DNA from: Dehalococcoidia bacterium | Lineage (GTDB): Bacteria > Chloroflexota > Dehalococcoidia > Lucifugimonadales > CATOSD01 | Assembly (NCBI GenBank): GCA_965217705.1 | Contig: CBDCJA010000002.1 | Span: 3,367,960-3,431,959, forward strand | Length of the DNA stretch: 64,000 nt | Direction: 5' to 3' | In this document: positions 59,701 to 64,000 of the stretch, piece after piece | Numbering within the stretch: the first letter of the stretch is position 1 | Layout of the letters: every line of letters starts with the position of its first letter | The notes under the pieces: model-generated | Seen by the model: the letters and a program-made list of their open reading frames with translations, nothing else | Database searches by the model: none | Told to the model about the DNA's origin: nothing | Program-made: the position numbers and the translations under genes

Positions 59701-59835
59701 ACGGCGGCGACCACGTACACCGACGATACGGTAAAGGCCAACACTCACTATACCTACCGGATCAAGGCCATCAGCGGGGCCGGGGTGAGCGAGCGTTCCC
59801 GCTGGTTCCACATCCAGACCCAGGAGGCCCCGTAG
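44767..59835 (+). CDS. Giant (5,022 aa) secreted mosaic surface/adhesin-like protein
   Basis: AAGGAGGA SD. Signal peptide MTNINRRRFPILLASALALLAILGALLLPITAQA. By eye: cadherin-like beta-sandwich repeats, pre-peptidase C-terminal (PPC)-type repeats, Calx-beta repeats, FN3 domains, two leucine-rich-repeat blocks, a His-rich segment, and YQWL...GAT..Y.L...D.G-type beta repeats. The listed ORF starts 33 codons earlier, at 44668. Confidence 0.9.
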   Translation: MTNINRRRFPILLASALALLAILGALLLPITAQAQTVTTLVSNIGQTTNAFALLDVLDGDQALSITTGGTTSDSHTIESLEIKVDEYERVGSTGTVSLYSDNSGVPGSSIFTFTNPTGGIVSESVNTFTAPDNTTLTGGTTYHIVVSGEAPAGATGPNFDLEVTTSNDQDDAGEDDWEIGDSGHSLSGTTWSSSTYVMQIRVNGSAVGGETPTLSTDATLSGLSLGTGVTLSPAFASGTDTYTASVANSVDEVTVTPTTNHASATVEILDTDDNELNDSDDVEDDFQVALEVGDTVIKVKVTAEDGTSTQTYTVTVTRAAEMTPDDSGNVSEGDTDLPGDTTTTGKVEVGGSVTGKIRNLNDKDWFAVELEAGKRYQIDMEGADTGRGTLTHPRVSGIYDAAANAIANTANNGGGVGNNARVIYTPDAAGTYYVEAYFQTGELNRTYTLSVILLGANGASEADTDFPATTATTGRVEVGSKVEASVTGNIESATDEDWFRVDLEAGKTYQIDMKGEYGGGGTLEDPYLNNIRDSSSNEIEGTFNDDIDPDNNLNSQITFTPTAGGTYYLLVGAASSTTGTYTLSVREIPPSCTLNTGDVWCGVVTVGEYKSGGITFAYGFVDATTDTGALSDTTFDVSPNSYTIDRASVGVSGLAGQLIFSLTSALTEPDRAKLVLHVDGSSGSFAFDGVTPTASFGYRWAMSGLDWSSETSVTLRLRDTPPLSTDATLSGLSLGTGVTLSPAFASGTDTYTASVANSVDEVTVTPTTNHASATVEILDTDDNELDDADDVEDDFQVALSVGDTVIKVKVTAEDGTSTQTYTVTVTRAADMTPDDPPDDSGNVSEGDTDLPGDTTTTGKVEVGGSVTGTIADTIDDLSSGDSFKVDLEAGKRYQIDVEGAPTGRGTLPDPWLASIVDPDGNQVQGAGDNDSGVGLNARLILTPTEDGAHDVNVRAYFVPSAQPGTYTLSVILLGANGASEADTDFPTTTATTGRVDVGASVTGNIGAVDEEDWFRVDLEAGKIYQIDLEGLPTGRGTLGDPWLDNIRDSSGTEILATSNDDIDGDNFNSQITFTPTAAGAYYLVAAGNGVAGTYTLSVRDITTPSCTLNTGDVWCGVVTVGMFTLDGTSYLGYLDGTGGGGMLSDNDFDFTDTELDSKSHTITGVLLASGTLSLIFEDSQDEDDKPVLDTWDLQVGTDTFALDDDDVTQLPTGGYQWTGTGLSWSVGDTVTLRLRGETGPPSVANVAVTSMPLLTSSGGSEQDTYGAGDEIEFTVTFSQVVVVTGDPQFGFSLSGARQADYRSGSGSTALKFVYTVQSSDSDDDGIWIGNHNSNTKSLQLDANDEITSPGGIDANLEHDQKQVQAGHKVDGSLSSKPTLSIADAAAAEGDDLSFTVTLSAAAAADVTATWTASIETGDTAVAADLGTTRTGTVTVSMGNTTGTITVATVEDSTVEVNETFTVTLSGVSSNAQLSSTAATAQGTINNDDLATLSTDATLSGLSLGTGVTLSPAFASGTDTYTASVANSVDEVTVTQTTNHASATVEILDTDNLALTDADSTEDGFQVALSVGSTQLGVLVTAEDGTTTKFYTVTVTRDDFPADTTTTGKVDVGGSVTGNITSASDRDWFRVDLKKDKRYQIDLEGAGTNRGTLTDPTLNAMRDASSNSISGTGNSDSGVGINARTIFTALADGAHYVVAAGNGATGTYTLSVIVLGANGASEADFDFPATTATSGRVEVGASATGNIKNLDDAYDWFRVDLEAGKTYQYDLEGVDTSRGMLDDPYLGLFDGSGTSLFDDDDDGTGLNSRITHTPATGGTYYLGAARAGTSAGTYTLSVRDITLPTLSVADASDAENDGEVEFTVTLSEAAATAVTATWTATIETGDTAVAADLGTTTTGTVTVAIGDTMGTFEVPVVNDATDEGDETFTVTLSNVSSNAKLETDPTAKGTIEDDDATLPTLSIADAAATEGSNVSFAVTLSAAAAADVTATWTASIETDDTAVAADLGATKTGTVTVAIGDTDATITVATAPDTTVEVNETFTVTLSGVSSNAQLSSTAATAQGTINNDDLATVSVADAEGDEDDGVEFTLTLSAAAPADVTVDWTASIESGDSASTADLATTKTGTVTITKGDTTKKFTVPVNDDSTDEPDQTFTVTLSNPTPTSLAQLAADPTAEGTIDDDDDPPTISVVDMTVIEGDLNPDNVPTFNNNPGFPWTVMLSEASEKRVRYRSRQVVDGTATDADLKVTVAFSGRPSIQAGLTSVVRGVNNIVNDALDEDDETFTIEVYDLENATAGATRSTITIVDDDPTPTVTVADAAATEGDKVEFVVTLSAVSGRDVDVDYATSVATGDDAVSDTDFTAASGTLTIAAADSTATGTIEVQTTEDDASESAETFTLTISSPDNATLTTDTTATGTINNRATTAAEPTTFAAAVGDEEVVLSWDAPVSASGVTRHEYQYKEGTGAYKGWVQIANSGVDGANEAGFTVTGLTNEVLHTFQLRAVNAQGESTAAEADAVTPTPGICDRTAKIQEVILAELADVSECAAVTVADLASITTFGLSALGTFNQGITSLQAGDFAGLTALTQLNLSQNQLTTLPEGIFSGLTAVEGISMEQNQLTALPEGMFAGLPNLTLILLTGNSLTAIPPRAFAGLTGLTNISLGLNDLTALPAGLFTDLTTLENISLADNDLTALPAGVFSGLTVLDTLYLGGNELSSLDAGVFSGLTSLERLELDRNDLSSLPAGVFSGLAALTRLNLDDNDLSSLPDGLLSGLTGLTRLQLFDNPNSGDTLALTVTVEKFGTDQARAKVLAGAPFAVNFTATVVNGSLPTGVTKLAVAAGSVEGTAVTVTRTSGTMAAVTVDIDLTTQPTLPEFHRGYEFVKATSGLPAEILPDTRGPQNFTAKPGDGQAVLSWTAPASGSGVTKHQYRQKEGTGSYPANWTDIPNSAEGEANEDGYTVPGLTNETVYTFELKRFVGTTESATAESNAVTPTPGICDRTQQVQDGILAGLADVSDCAAVTVADLESFTASLEFAGEDIASLKSGDFAGLSNLDVLELSRNTFTTLPANVFSGLTSLTSLKVSNGELSSIDARAFSGLTALEVLKLDTNDLDSLPGTVFSGLTTLITLELNGNDLASLPGTVFNGLSALHTLHLQSNDLETLPAGLFSGLSALSTLTLADNDLTAIPAQVFSGLSALEILNLSDNDLNSLDAGVFSGLSNLRSLSLRNNQLSALPDGLFSGLTALTGLNLSDNTTNPMPLTVTVEKFGTDQARAKVLAGAPFAVEFTATVVDGSLPTGVTKLAVAKGSAEGTAVTVTRTTGTMEAVTVDIDLSTQPSLPDKHEGYTFARASDLPAEILPAEASLEPPTGLSATPGDRLAVLTWTPPASDSGFTRHQYRYGTDGDFVDWTDIPDSGPGEANGSRYTVTGLDNAVEYSFELRARDAGAGRSHAATVAVTPEGPPRILSVEVTSVPVLDNETTYGAGEEVDISVTFDQPVVVEGAPQLVLDVDGSRLAEYHEGSGSNTLVFAYVVTESDRDTDGVSVGDNALRLDGGDVIRNGAGDNAELPHDGPGQQSGHRVDGERRAGVHDHGEFTHSHSHFRQQYPEHTHEGHEHADDANGHKRRPGTHVHHAQEEPNASISGGPDVRTHDGVEHIHRCFDLKPSCNQGDDYAERGDELGLPIEVTHSHEHSEPGHRFDWRAFFEEGGSGATVSVADAVAMRGEGRTLDFEVSLEPAVAFAVRVDYATVDGTATAGEDYLGTSGVLEIPPGQTRATVSVRMPADGPGDGPELFELRLSSATAATVADGEATGTILTPGPSTPPVIERIAVASTPRLSSDGNTNRDTYGEGETIRIEVRFDQPVVVVGDPTFALEVGDPCESVCEADYESGSGADTLVFAYLVLEVDVDRNGIAIRGNPIEVVLGDSIRNAAGQEARLSSKGKGTQRNHKVDGSRSAAAHLSVANAEAREADGEMTFTVRLEPHGLGIVTVDYATRDGSARAGEDYTETGGRLRFNSLETERTVTVPITDDTEPDDGETFTLTLSNPDGAQLRDGDGEATGTIHNSEPQEALTASFEDVPAAHDGAAFRFRVAFSEDIGISFQALREDAFAVTNGRITDGVPVDDRRDLFDMTLEPDGDGDVAVTLEADRDCAESGAICTKGEPQRRLTTTVSAMVAGPDGAANAPATGAPAIIGTVQVGETLTADTSGIADANGLTNVSYNYQWLADDADIAGATGYRYTLADSDEGRTIRVRVTFTDDAGNEESLTSAPTEPVLEEPVFGDGPPGAPRNLTVTAGDQEVTLSWEPPADNGNAPATRYRIEWRIDGKDYKKGHWGPSGETTYTKTDLANGVKYIFRVKAENGNGNSYGPYGPASEEVSATPTSGLAVDLGTPVLSNTKTLHHGMVQLDWEDVEDAGWYVVQYYHVKGGEWLDLPAAGVDIAFHGSSAVVSNVHGLSWLRVRAMSCAGESEWSQIEELYGTNASDWEGVPVPEVAEGDEIEPCPVVLGTPVLSNTETLHHGMVRLDWEDIEDAGWYVVQYYHAKGGEWLDLPAEGVDIAFHGSSAVVSNLHGLSWLRVRAMSCAGASEWSQIEELYGTNASDWEGVPVPEVAEGDEIEPCSEDGDTTDNSPATGAPTISGTAQVGETLSADKSGIADADGLTNATHRYQWLADDAAIAGATGSTYTLADTDEGKAITVQVSFTDDAGNDETLTSEATDAVAAAPAANNPATGAPTISGTAQVGETLTADRSGIADADGLSNVQYEYQWLADDTAIQGATDATHTLANTDEGKAIKVQVSFTDDAGNNEALTSAATGAVSAAEPTEPPARPTGLSATASHDSVTLTWDDPGDDSITGYVILRRVRVNNTGGDFSELVADTGTAATTYTDDTVAAGTTYTYRIKAINGAGTSERSRWFHIDTPAAPVPDKPTGLSATASHDSVTLTWEDPGDDSITGYVILRRLRYDDPSGHFDELVADTGTAATTYTDDTVKANTHYTYRIKAISGAGVSERSRWFHIQTQEAP
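45406..45719 (+). repeat. Near-identical ~315-nt intragenic repeat (cadherin-like unit), copy 1 of 3; the others are at 46933-47248 and 49240-49553
   Basis: CTCTCGACGGACGCGACGCTGAGCGGGCTGTCGCTGGGCACGGGGGTGACGCTGAGCCCGGCCTTCGCCTCGGGCACGGACACCTACAC... recurs almost base for base. Confidence 0.9.
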
Positions 59836-60127
59836 CAGGTATCGAGGACTGCGAAGGCGAGGGAGCCATCGGCACGAGCGACGGCAGAAAGTTGTCCGAC
59901 GAGTTGGCGCCGACCGTCAGCGGTCCGGGCCGGTAGAGGGCAACGGAAAAAGGCCGCACACATGTGTGAAGCTGGGGAGGCCGCCACAGCCCTTGGGCAA
60001 GCAGGGCAGCGGCCTCCCCGAAGGCTCCGGGTTGGACCGACTGCGGGCGCTTGCGCTCCGCACACCGTCCGGCCCGGACGTCGGCGGTTGGAGGGAGATT
60101 GCAGCCGTCCTGCGGAAGGACCGGACA

Positions 60128-60463
60128 ATGCCGAGAGAGCCAGTTGACCACGGCAGAATAGTCTACGTCGTGCCTCCCGACTTCCCGGAGCGACTGGAGC
60201 TGCTCCAGGAGGAGTCGGGGCTGCCGTGGGCGGAGATCGCTCGCCGTCTCGGGACCTATCCCTACACCGTATGGCGTTGGTATAGAGGCCGAGCGCGGCC
60301 CCATTTCCGGCACCAGATGGCGCTGCTGGACCTGGCCGACGAACTGGGACTCGCCCACCTGCTGACCGCGTGGACCCTCCCGGACGAAGCGCGGCGCGAG
60401 AAGCCCGCCAAAGACGTCCCGCCCGGGTGCGAGAGTCCTGGGAGGAAAGCCGCGCGTCGGTGA
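60128..60463 (+). CDS. Small HTH protein, type A (paralog of 11390..11674)
   Basis: MPREPVDHGRIVYVVPPDFPERLELLQEESGLPWAEIARRLGTYPYTVWRWYRG. GGAAGGA lies upstream of the ATG at 60128. Confidence 0.6.
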   Translation: MPREPVDHGRIVYVVPPDFPERLELLQEESGLPWAEIARRLGTYPYTVWRWYRGRARPHFRHQMALLDLADELGLAHLLTAWTLPDEARREKPAKDVPPGCESPGRKAARR

Positions 60464-60784
60464 GGCGGCCGCCACCGCAGGGGCTGAAACGCAACGAGGG
60501 CGGCGTACGCGGACGACGCCGCGGCGCGCATGGCGATGGGCTGCTCCCGCGAGGGGCAGGTGGAGCACGGAGGCGGCCGGGCGCTGAATCGGCGGCGCGG
60601 CCGCGCCGCCGCCCGCACGTGAGCGTCGAGCTTGCGCCCCCGCCTGCCCTGCTCCGATGATTTCGGGCAACAAAAAAAGCCCGCACACATGGGAAGCCGG
60701 GGGAGGCCGTCGTCGATACGGCGACAACCTCCCCCCTTGAGTAACGGCCCGGCGGTACTACGCCGGGCCGTCGCCTGTGCCTCG

Positions 60785-61888
60785 CTAGGCGGCGGCCATC
60801 TCCGGCTGCTTCAGCATGGCGGAGTAGCCCCTCTCGACGACGTGGGTCACCGACAACCGGCCATGACCGTCGTACCCCGCGCGGTAGGCGAACTCCGCCT
60901 TCGCGCCCCAGGGCACGTGGCCGCCGACCCGGACGGCGGGGCCTCCAGACCTGCCGCGGCGCCCCGGCCCGCCCGCGCCGTGCACCACCATCCCGCTCCG
61001 CTCGCCCTTCCGCCAGCCCAGCACCTTCACCTCGGCGGGCATGACCCGCTCCGCCTTCGTCGGCTGGAACAGGACACCGTGCAGCCCCTTCAGCACGCCC
61101 GCCGACGGGGAGGACTTGCCGTTCATGATCTGGGAGAGGTACGAGGAGCTGATGCCCGCTCGCCGGGCGGTCTCGTTCTGGCTGAAGCCGTGAGCGTCCA
61201 TCCGGTCCCACATCGCCTCCCGGTCGATGCTGGCGGGCTGCGCGGGAGCGATCTTCACCGGGGCCTCCAGCGCCGACGCGACCCTGGCCTGGACCTTCAC
61301 GCCCATGTTGCTATGACCCCGTGCCACCATTGACATGTAGCCGTAGGAGACGCCCACGCGGTCGGCCAGGTCCCGCAGGTTCATGCCCAGCTCCCTGGCC
61401 CGCTCCCGGATGTAGCTGCTCTCCCCGGCCACGACGACGCCTTGGCGGTGGGCGCACGTGGCGGGCGCGACCTTCGCCGGACCGTGCAACGCCGACTCGA
61501 CCCTGGTCTGGACCTTCACGCCCATGTTCTGGCGGCCACGGGCAACCTGGGTCATGTAGCTGTAGGAGACGCCCACCTCATCGGCCAGGTCCTTCATGGT
61601 CATGCCCAACGTGCGGGCGCGCTCCCGGATGAAGCTGCTCTCGCCGGTCACGACGCCGCCCTGGCGGTAGACGATGCCCTGGCCGGGGACTTCTCCCAGG
61701 ACCGCCGCGACCTTCTCCCGCATCTTGGGCGTCCACGGACTGCCCCCGTTGGCGATCCGCGACAGGTAACTCGCGCCCACGCCCATCAGGGCCGCGAGTT
61801 CCTTCATGGTGAGCCCGCGCCGCCTGGCCGCAGCCCTGAGCTCGCTCTCCGCCGTCCTCGTTCCGGTTGCCATCGTTGCCGTCGTCAT
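60785..61888 (-). CDS. Protein with four tandem XRE-type HTH domains, copy 2
   Basis: MTTATMATGTRTAESELRAAARRRGLTMKELAALMGVGASYLSRIANG... is colinear with 33643..34758. Confidence 0.8.
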   Translation of the reverse strand: MTTATMATGTRTAESELRAAARRRGLTMKELAALMGVGASYLSRIANGGSPWTPKMREKVAAVLGEVPGQGIVYRQGGVVTGESSFIRERARTLGMTMKDLADEVGVSYSYMTQVARGRQNMGVKVQTRVESALHGPAKVAPATCAHRQGVVVAGESSYIRERARELGMNLRDLADRVGVSYGYMSMVARGHSNMGVKVQARVASALEAPVKIAPAQPASIDREAMWDRMDAHGFSQNETARRAGISSSYLSQIMNGKSSPSAGVLKGLHGVLFQPTKAERVMPAEVKVLGWRKGERSGMVVHGAGGPGRRGRSGGPAVRVGGHVPWGAKAEFAYRAGYDGHGRLSVTHVVERGYSAMLKQPEMAAA

Positions 61889-62180
61889 CGGTCCGTCCTC
61901 CTTCTGTTGTGTTGTGTTGCCTTTGGCCTGCGCCCGCTTGCGGGCAAAGAAGAAGGGCCGCCCCCGGCGAACGAGGACGACCCTTGTGAATGGGGATGTG
62001 TTGTGAGAACCGGAGGCCCCGCCGTCAGCGGCGATGGACCTCGTTGACGTGCATAGACGCCTCCTTTCAGTTGTTGACCCGTGCAGGCATCCGTGGCGCG
62101 GGTACTTCGTGATGGGGTTGACGCTGGACGCACTCCGCCCACGGTCGGATGCCGGACGCGAGAGACGGAGTGGGAGTGAG

Positions 62181-62480
62181 AGAAGACGCAGCCCGGCCCA
62201 GGGTGATTCGCCGGGAAATCGACTGCCGGGGAGCTGCTACGGGGGAAGCGACCGTCCTACGACTTCATCGCAGGACGGCGCAGGTGAAGAAGGCGCGGCT
62301 CGCCCAGGGTGCGTAGCGTCAGAGTTGGGGGAAGCTGCGAGAGGTGAAGCGGCCGGCCCACGACGTGGCCGCAGACCGACGCATGACAGAAGACGCAGCT
62401 CGGCCCAGGGTGAACAACGTCAGTGGGAGAACTGCGAGACGTGAAGCGGCCAGCCTGCTTTCAACGGCAGACCGGCGCAT
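62181..62480. repeat. Three tandem ~102-105-bp non-coding repeats
   Basis: AGAAGACGCAGCYCGGCCCAGGGTGA-type heads at 62181, 62286 (degenerate) and 62388, each followed by CTGCGAGA(G/C)GTGAAGCGGCC-like tails. Confidence 0.6.
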
Positions 62481-62612
62481 GTCGAAGCTGCGGCCCGGCT
62501 GCGTGTCAGCCGTGCCGCGGGCATGAGGAGTCGGCGGAGCGACAGACGCACTCCGACCGACTTGTGGAGGACGAAGCACAAGGCGCGCTCCGTCCCAGTT
62601 GTCCAGCGGCGA

Positions 62613-62930
62613 GAGCGATCGACTCCCAACGCCAGCCCTGAGTCCAACGAATGGAGCGATCAACTCCGATTCGCCAGACCAATGCCCAGCGAGTGAAGCG
62701 ATCAACCCCAACCGGCAGACTGGTTCCCAACGGCAGGAGCGATCAACTCCAATCGCTGAACGGGTGTCCAGCGGGCGAAGGGCTTATCACTCCAACCGCC
62801 GGACTGGACCGAGGACGGAGAGCTACGTCAAATCCGTCGTTTCGATCCGTGCTGCCTGCGAAGGACCAACGTCAACTCCGCTTCAGCAGCATTCCCTCGT
62901 GGGCAACCGGGGGAGAGCGAATCATCCTCC
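62613..62930. repeat. Iteron-like array: about 8 direct copies of AGCGATCAACTCC-like boxes with 41-47 bp phasing
   Basis: Boxes start near 62614, 62655, 62697, 62738, 62781, 62824, 62868 and 62915. The spacers are not conserved. Confidence 0.6.
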
Positions 62931-63110
62931 AGTCGGACCCGTGCAACAGGGATCGCGCACCCAGGTTTCTATGGTCGGAAACCTTGGTCAAAAGCCAAAC
63001 AGTGCAGTCATTGTCGCCGTTCCCGGCGCCGCAAAAGAGGGCCTGCAAGACCCCCCCGGCAGATTGCCGCCAAATCGTTCACTAAAGTTCACAACGAACC
63101 CGCCGCCCGG

Positions 63111-63929
63111 CTACCGCCACAGCAGACCGAGGGTCAGACGCCGCAGAAGCTCCCGCTTGCGCCGCGCTCTCCGCGTGTCGTAGAGCGCGGTCCTGCGCCA
63201 GCTGGTCTGCTCGTCCCGCTCGAAGCCCCGCAGCGGGTACGTCTCCGGGGGCAGCGTCATGCCGTGCTCTTCGAGCAGAGCCAGCTCCACCGTCAACAGC
63301 CGCTCCTGGGTCGCCAGCCACTCAAGGCCCCCGCCCCGGTTGGGGTGCGCGGCCTTCAACTCCCGCCACTCGACGATGAGGGGCCAGGCGTTCCCGAACA
63401 CGTCCGCGTCGTCGTCGGCAGGCTCGATGGTCACCAGGTCGGGAAACTCCCGCCTGACCGGGGACCCCCGCTTCGCCTGCGCTCCAGCTCCCGGCGCGGC
63501 CCCGTCCCGAGCGGCCCGGCCCGACTCCAGCTGCGCCAGCCGCCGCCCCATCTGGGCCTGCTCGTCCCCCAGCGCCTTCACGTCGCCCCGGACCGCCGAG
63601 AGGCCCTTGCTCGTGTCCCTGCCCAGCGCGTCCACCCGGCCCTCGACCTCCGTCACCCGCCCATCGAGGCTGTCGTTGCGCTCCCTCTGCTCGGCCGCCG
63701 GCGAGCCCTCCCCCTCCAGAAGCGCCTTCTCCAACACGCTGCGCATCCGCCTGGACAGCCTGCCCCGCTCCATGCTGGCGGTGAGGGTCTTGTAGTCCAC
63801 CCCCAACAGCTGCGTCGCCTTCATCACTCCCTTGTCCCGCACCAGCTCGTTCAGCAGCGCCATCAGCCGCATGTGCTGCATGTCCTGGACGCTCCTGCTC
63901 TTCTCGAACACCGGCTTTCCCGTATTCAT
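63111..63929 (-). CDS. HTH plus coiled-coil protein, module copy 2
   Basis: HMRLMALLNELVRDKGVMKATQLLGVDYKTL... and WPLIVEWRELK...LEEHGMTLPPETYPL are colinear with 30497..31372. Confidence 0.7.
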   Translation of the reverse strand: MNTGKPVFEKSRSVQDMQHMRLMALLNELVRDKGVMKATQLLGVDYKTLTASMERGRLSRRMRSVLEKALLEGEGSPAAEQRERNDSLDGRVTEVEGRVDALGRDTSKGLSAVRGDVKALGDEQAQMGRRLAQLESGRAARDGAAPGAGAQAKRGSPVRREFPDLVTIEPADDDADVFGNAWPLIVEWRELKAAHPNRGGGLEWLATQERLLTVELALLEEHGMTLPPETYPLRGFERDEQTSWRRTALYDTRRARRKRELLRRLTLGLLWR

Positions 63930-64000
63930 CGGTCACTCCTCCTCTCTCAAGGCCTCCAAGTTTCCAACGGGGCCAGTCCAAGTCCAGTCCTGCCTCCAGA

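Noticed and set aside
59754-61211. 485-aa and 318-aa minus-strand ORFs spanning the end of the giant gene, the HTH gene and the 4xHTH gene
   Set aside because: They are low-complexity and Arg/Pro/Gly-rich, and they overlap three better-supported genes on both strands.
62613-62930. Possible CRISPR array
   Set aside because: The conserved boxes are only about 13-18 nt and degenerate. The repeat period is about 42 bp rather than repeat plus spacer of 60 bp or more. No cas genes or leader are present.
62651-63085. 144-aa + ORF over the repeat array, as a possible repeat protein
   Set aside because: Only the DNA boxes recur. The translated spacers are not conserved, there is no SD, and the composition is odd.

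Overview
This is a high-G+C bacterial window (roughly two-thirds G+C by eye; the taxon cannot be determined from sequence alone). Positions 1-7.4 kb look chromosomal. They hold a family III CoA-transferase, an enoyl-CoA hydratase, a single-chain Type IIG restriction-modification enzyme, a retropepsin-like protease pair, and the 3' remnant of comM/yifB. From about 7.49 kb to the window end the sequence looks like a large integrative conjugative element (ICE) inserted in comM by a large serine recombinase. The ICE carries HTH/ImmA regulators, IS630 copies, an AT-richer ABC-type ATPase patch and a DUF3800 gene. It also carries a complete-looking type IV secretion/transfer operon on the minus strand at 18.8-30.1 kb: Replic_Relax-like protein, coupling ATPase, VirB4, PrgI-like protein, pilin-like protein and VirB6-like protein. 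Two diverged paralogous modules in inverted orientation (30.2-34.8 kb and 60.8-64.0 kb) bracket a cargo region. That cargo holds an SNF2-type helicase split in its Walker A motif by a 3.3 kb group II intron that carries a second, non-maturase ORF; an EEP-family nuclease; a fused sensor kinase/response regulator; and a 5,022-codon mosaic surface protein. The observations I rate highest are: (i) a 24-nt hairpin-forming insert translated in frame as PVSGTGQA inside three unrelated genes; (ii) the extra RNase H-fold (DUF429-like) gene inside the intron; (iii) phased repeat arrays in conserved non-coding DNA next to proteins with four tandem HTH domains; (iv) a C15 tract inside an upstream ORF (uORF) ahead of the giant gene. 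No rRNA, tRNA or CRISPR array was found. All family assignments rest on motifs read by eye; no searches were run.
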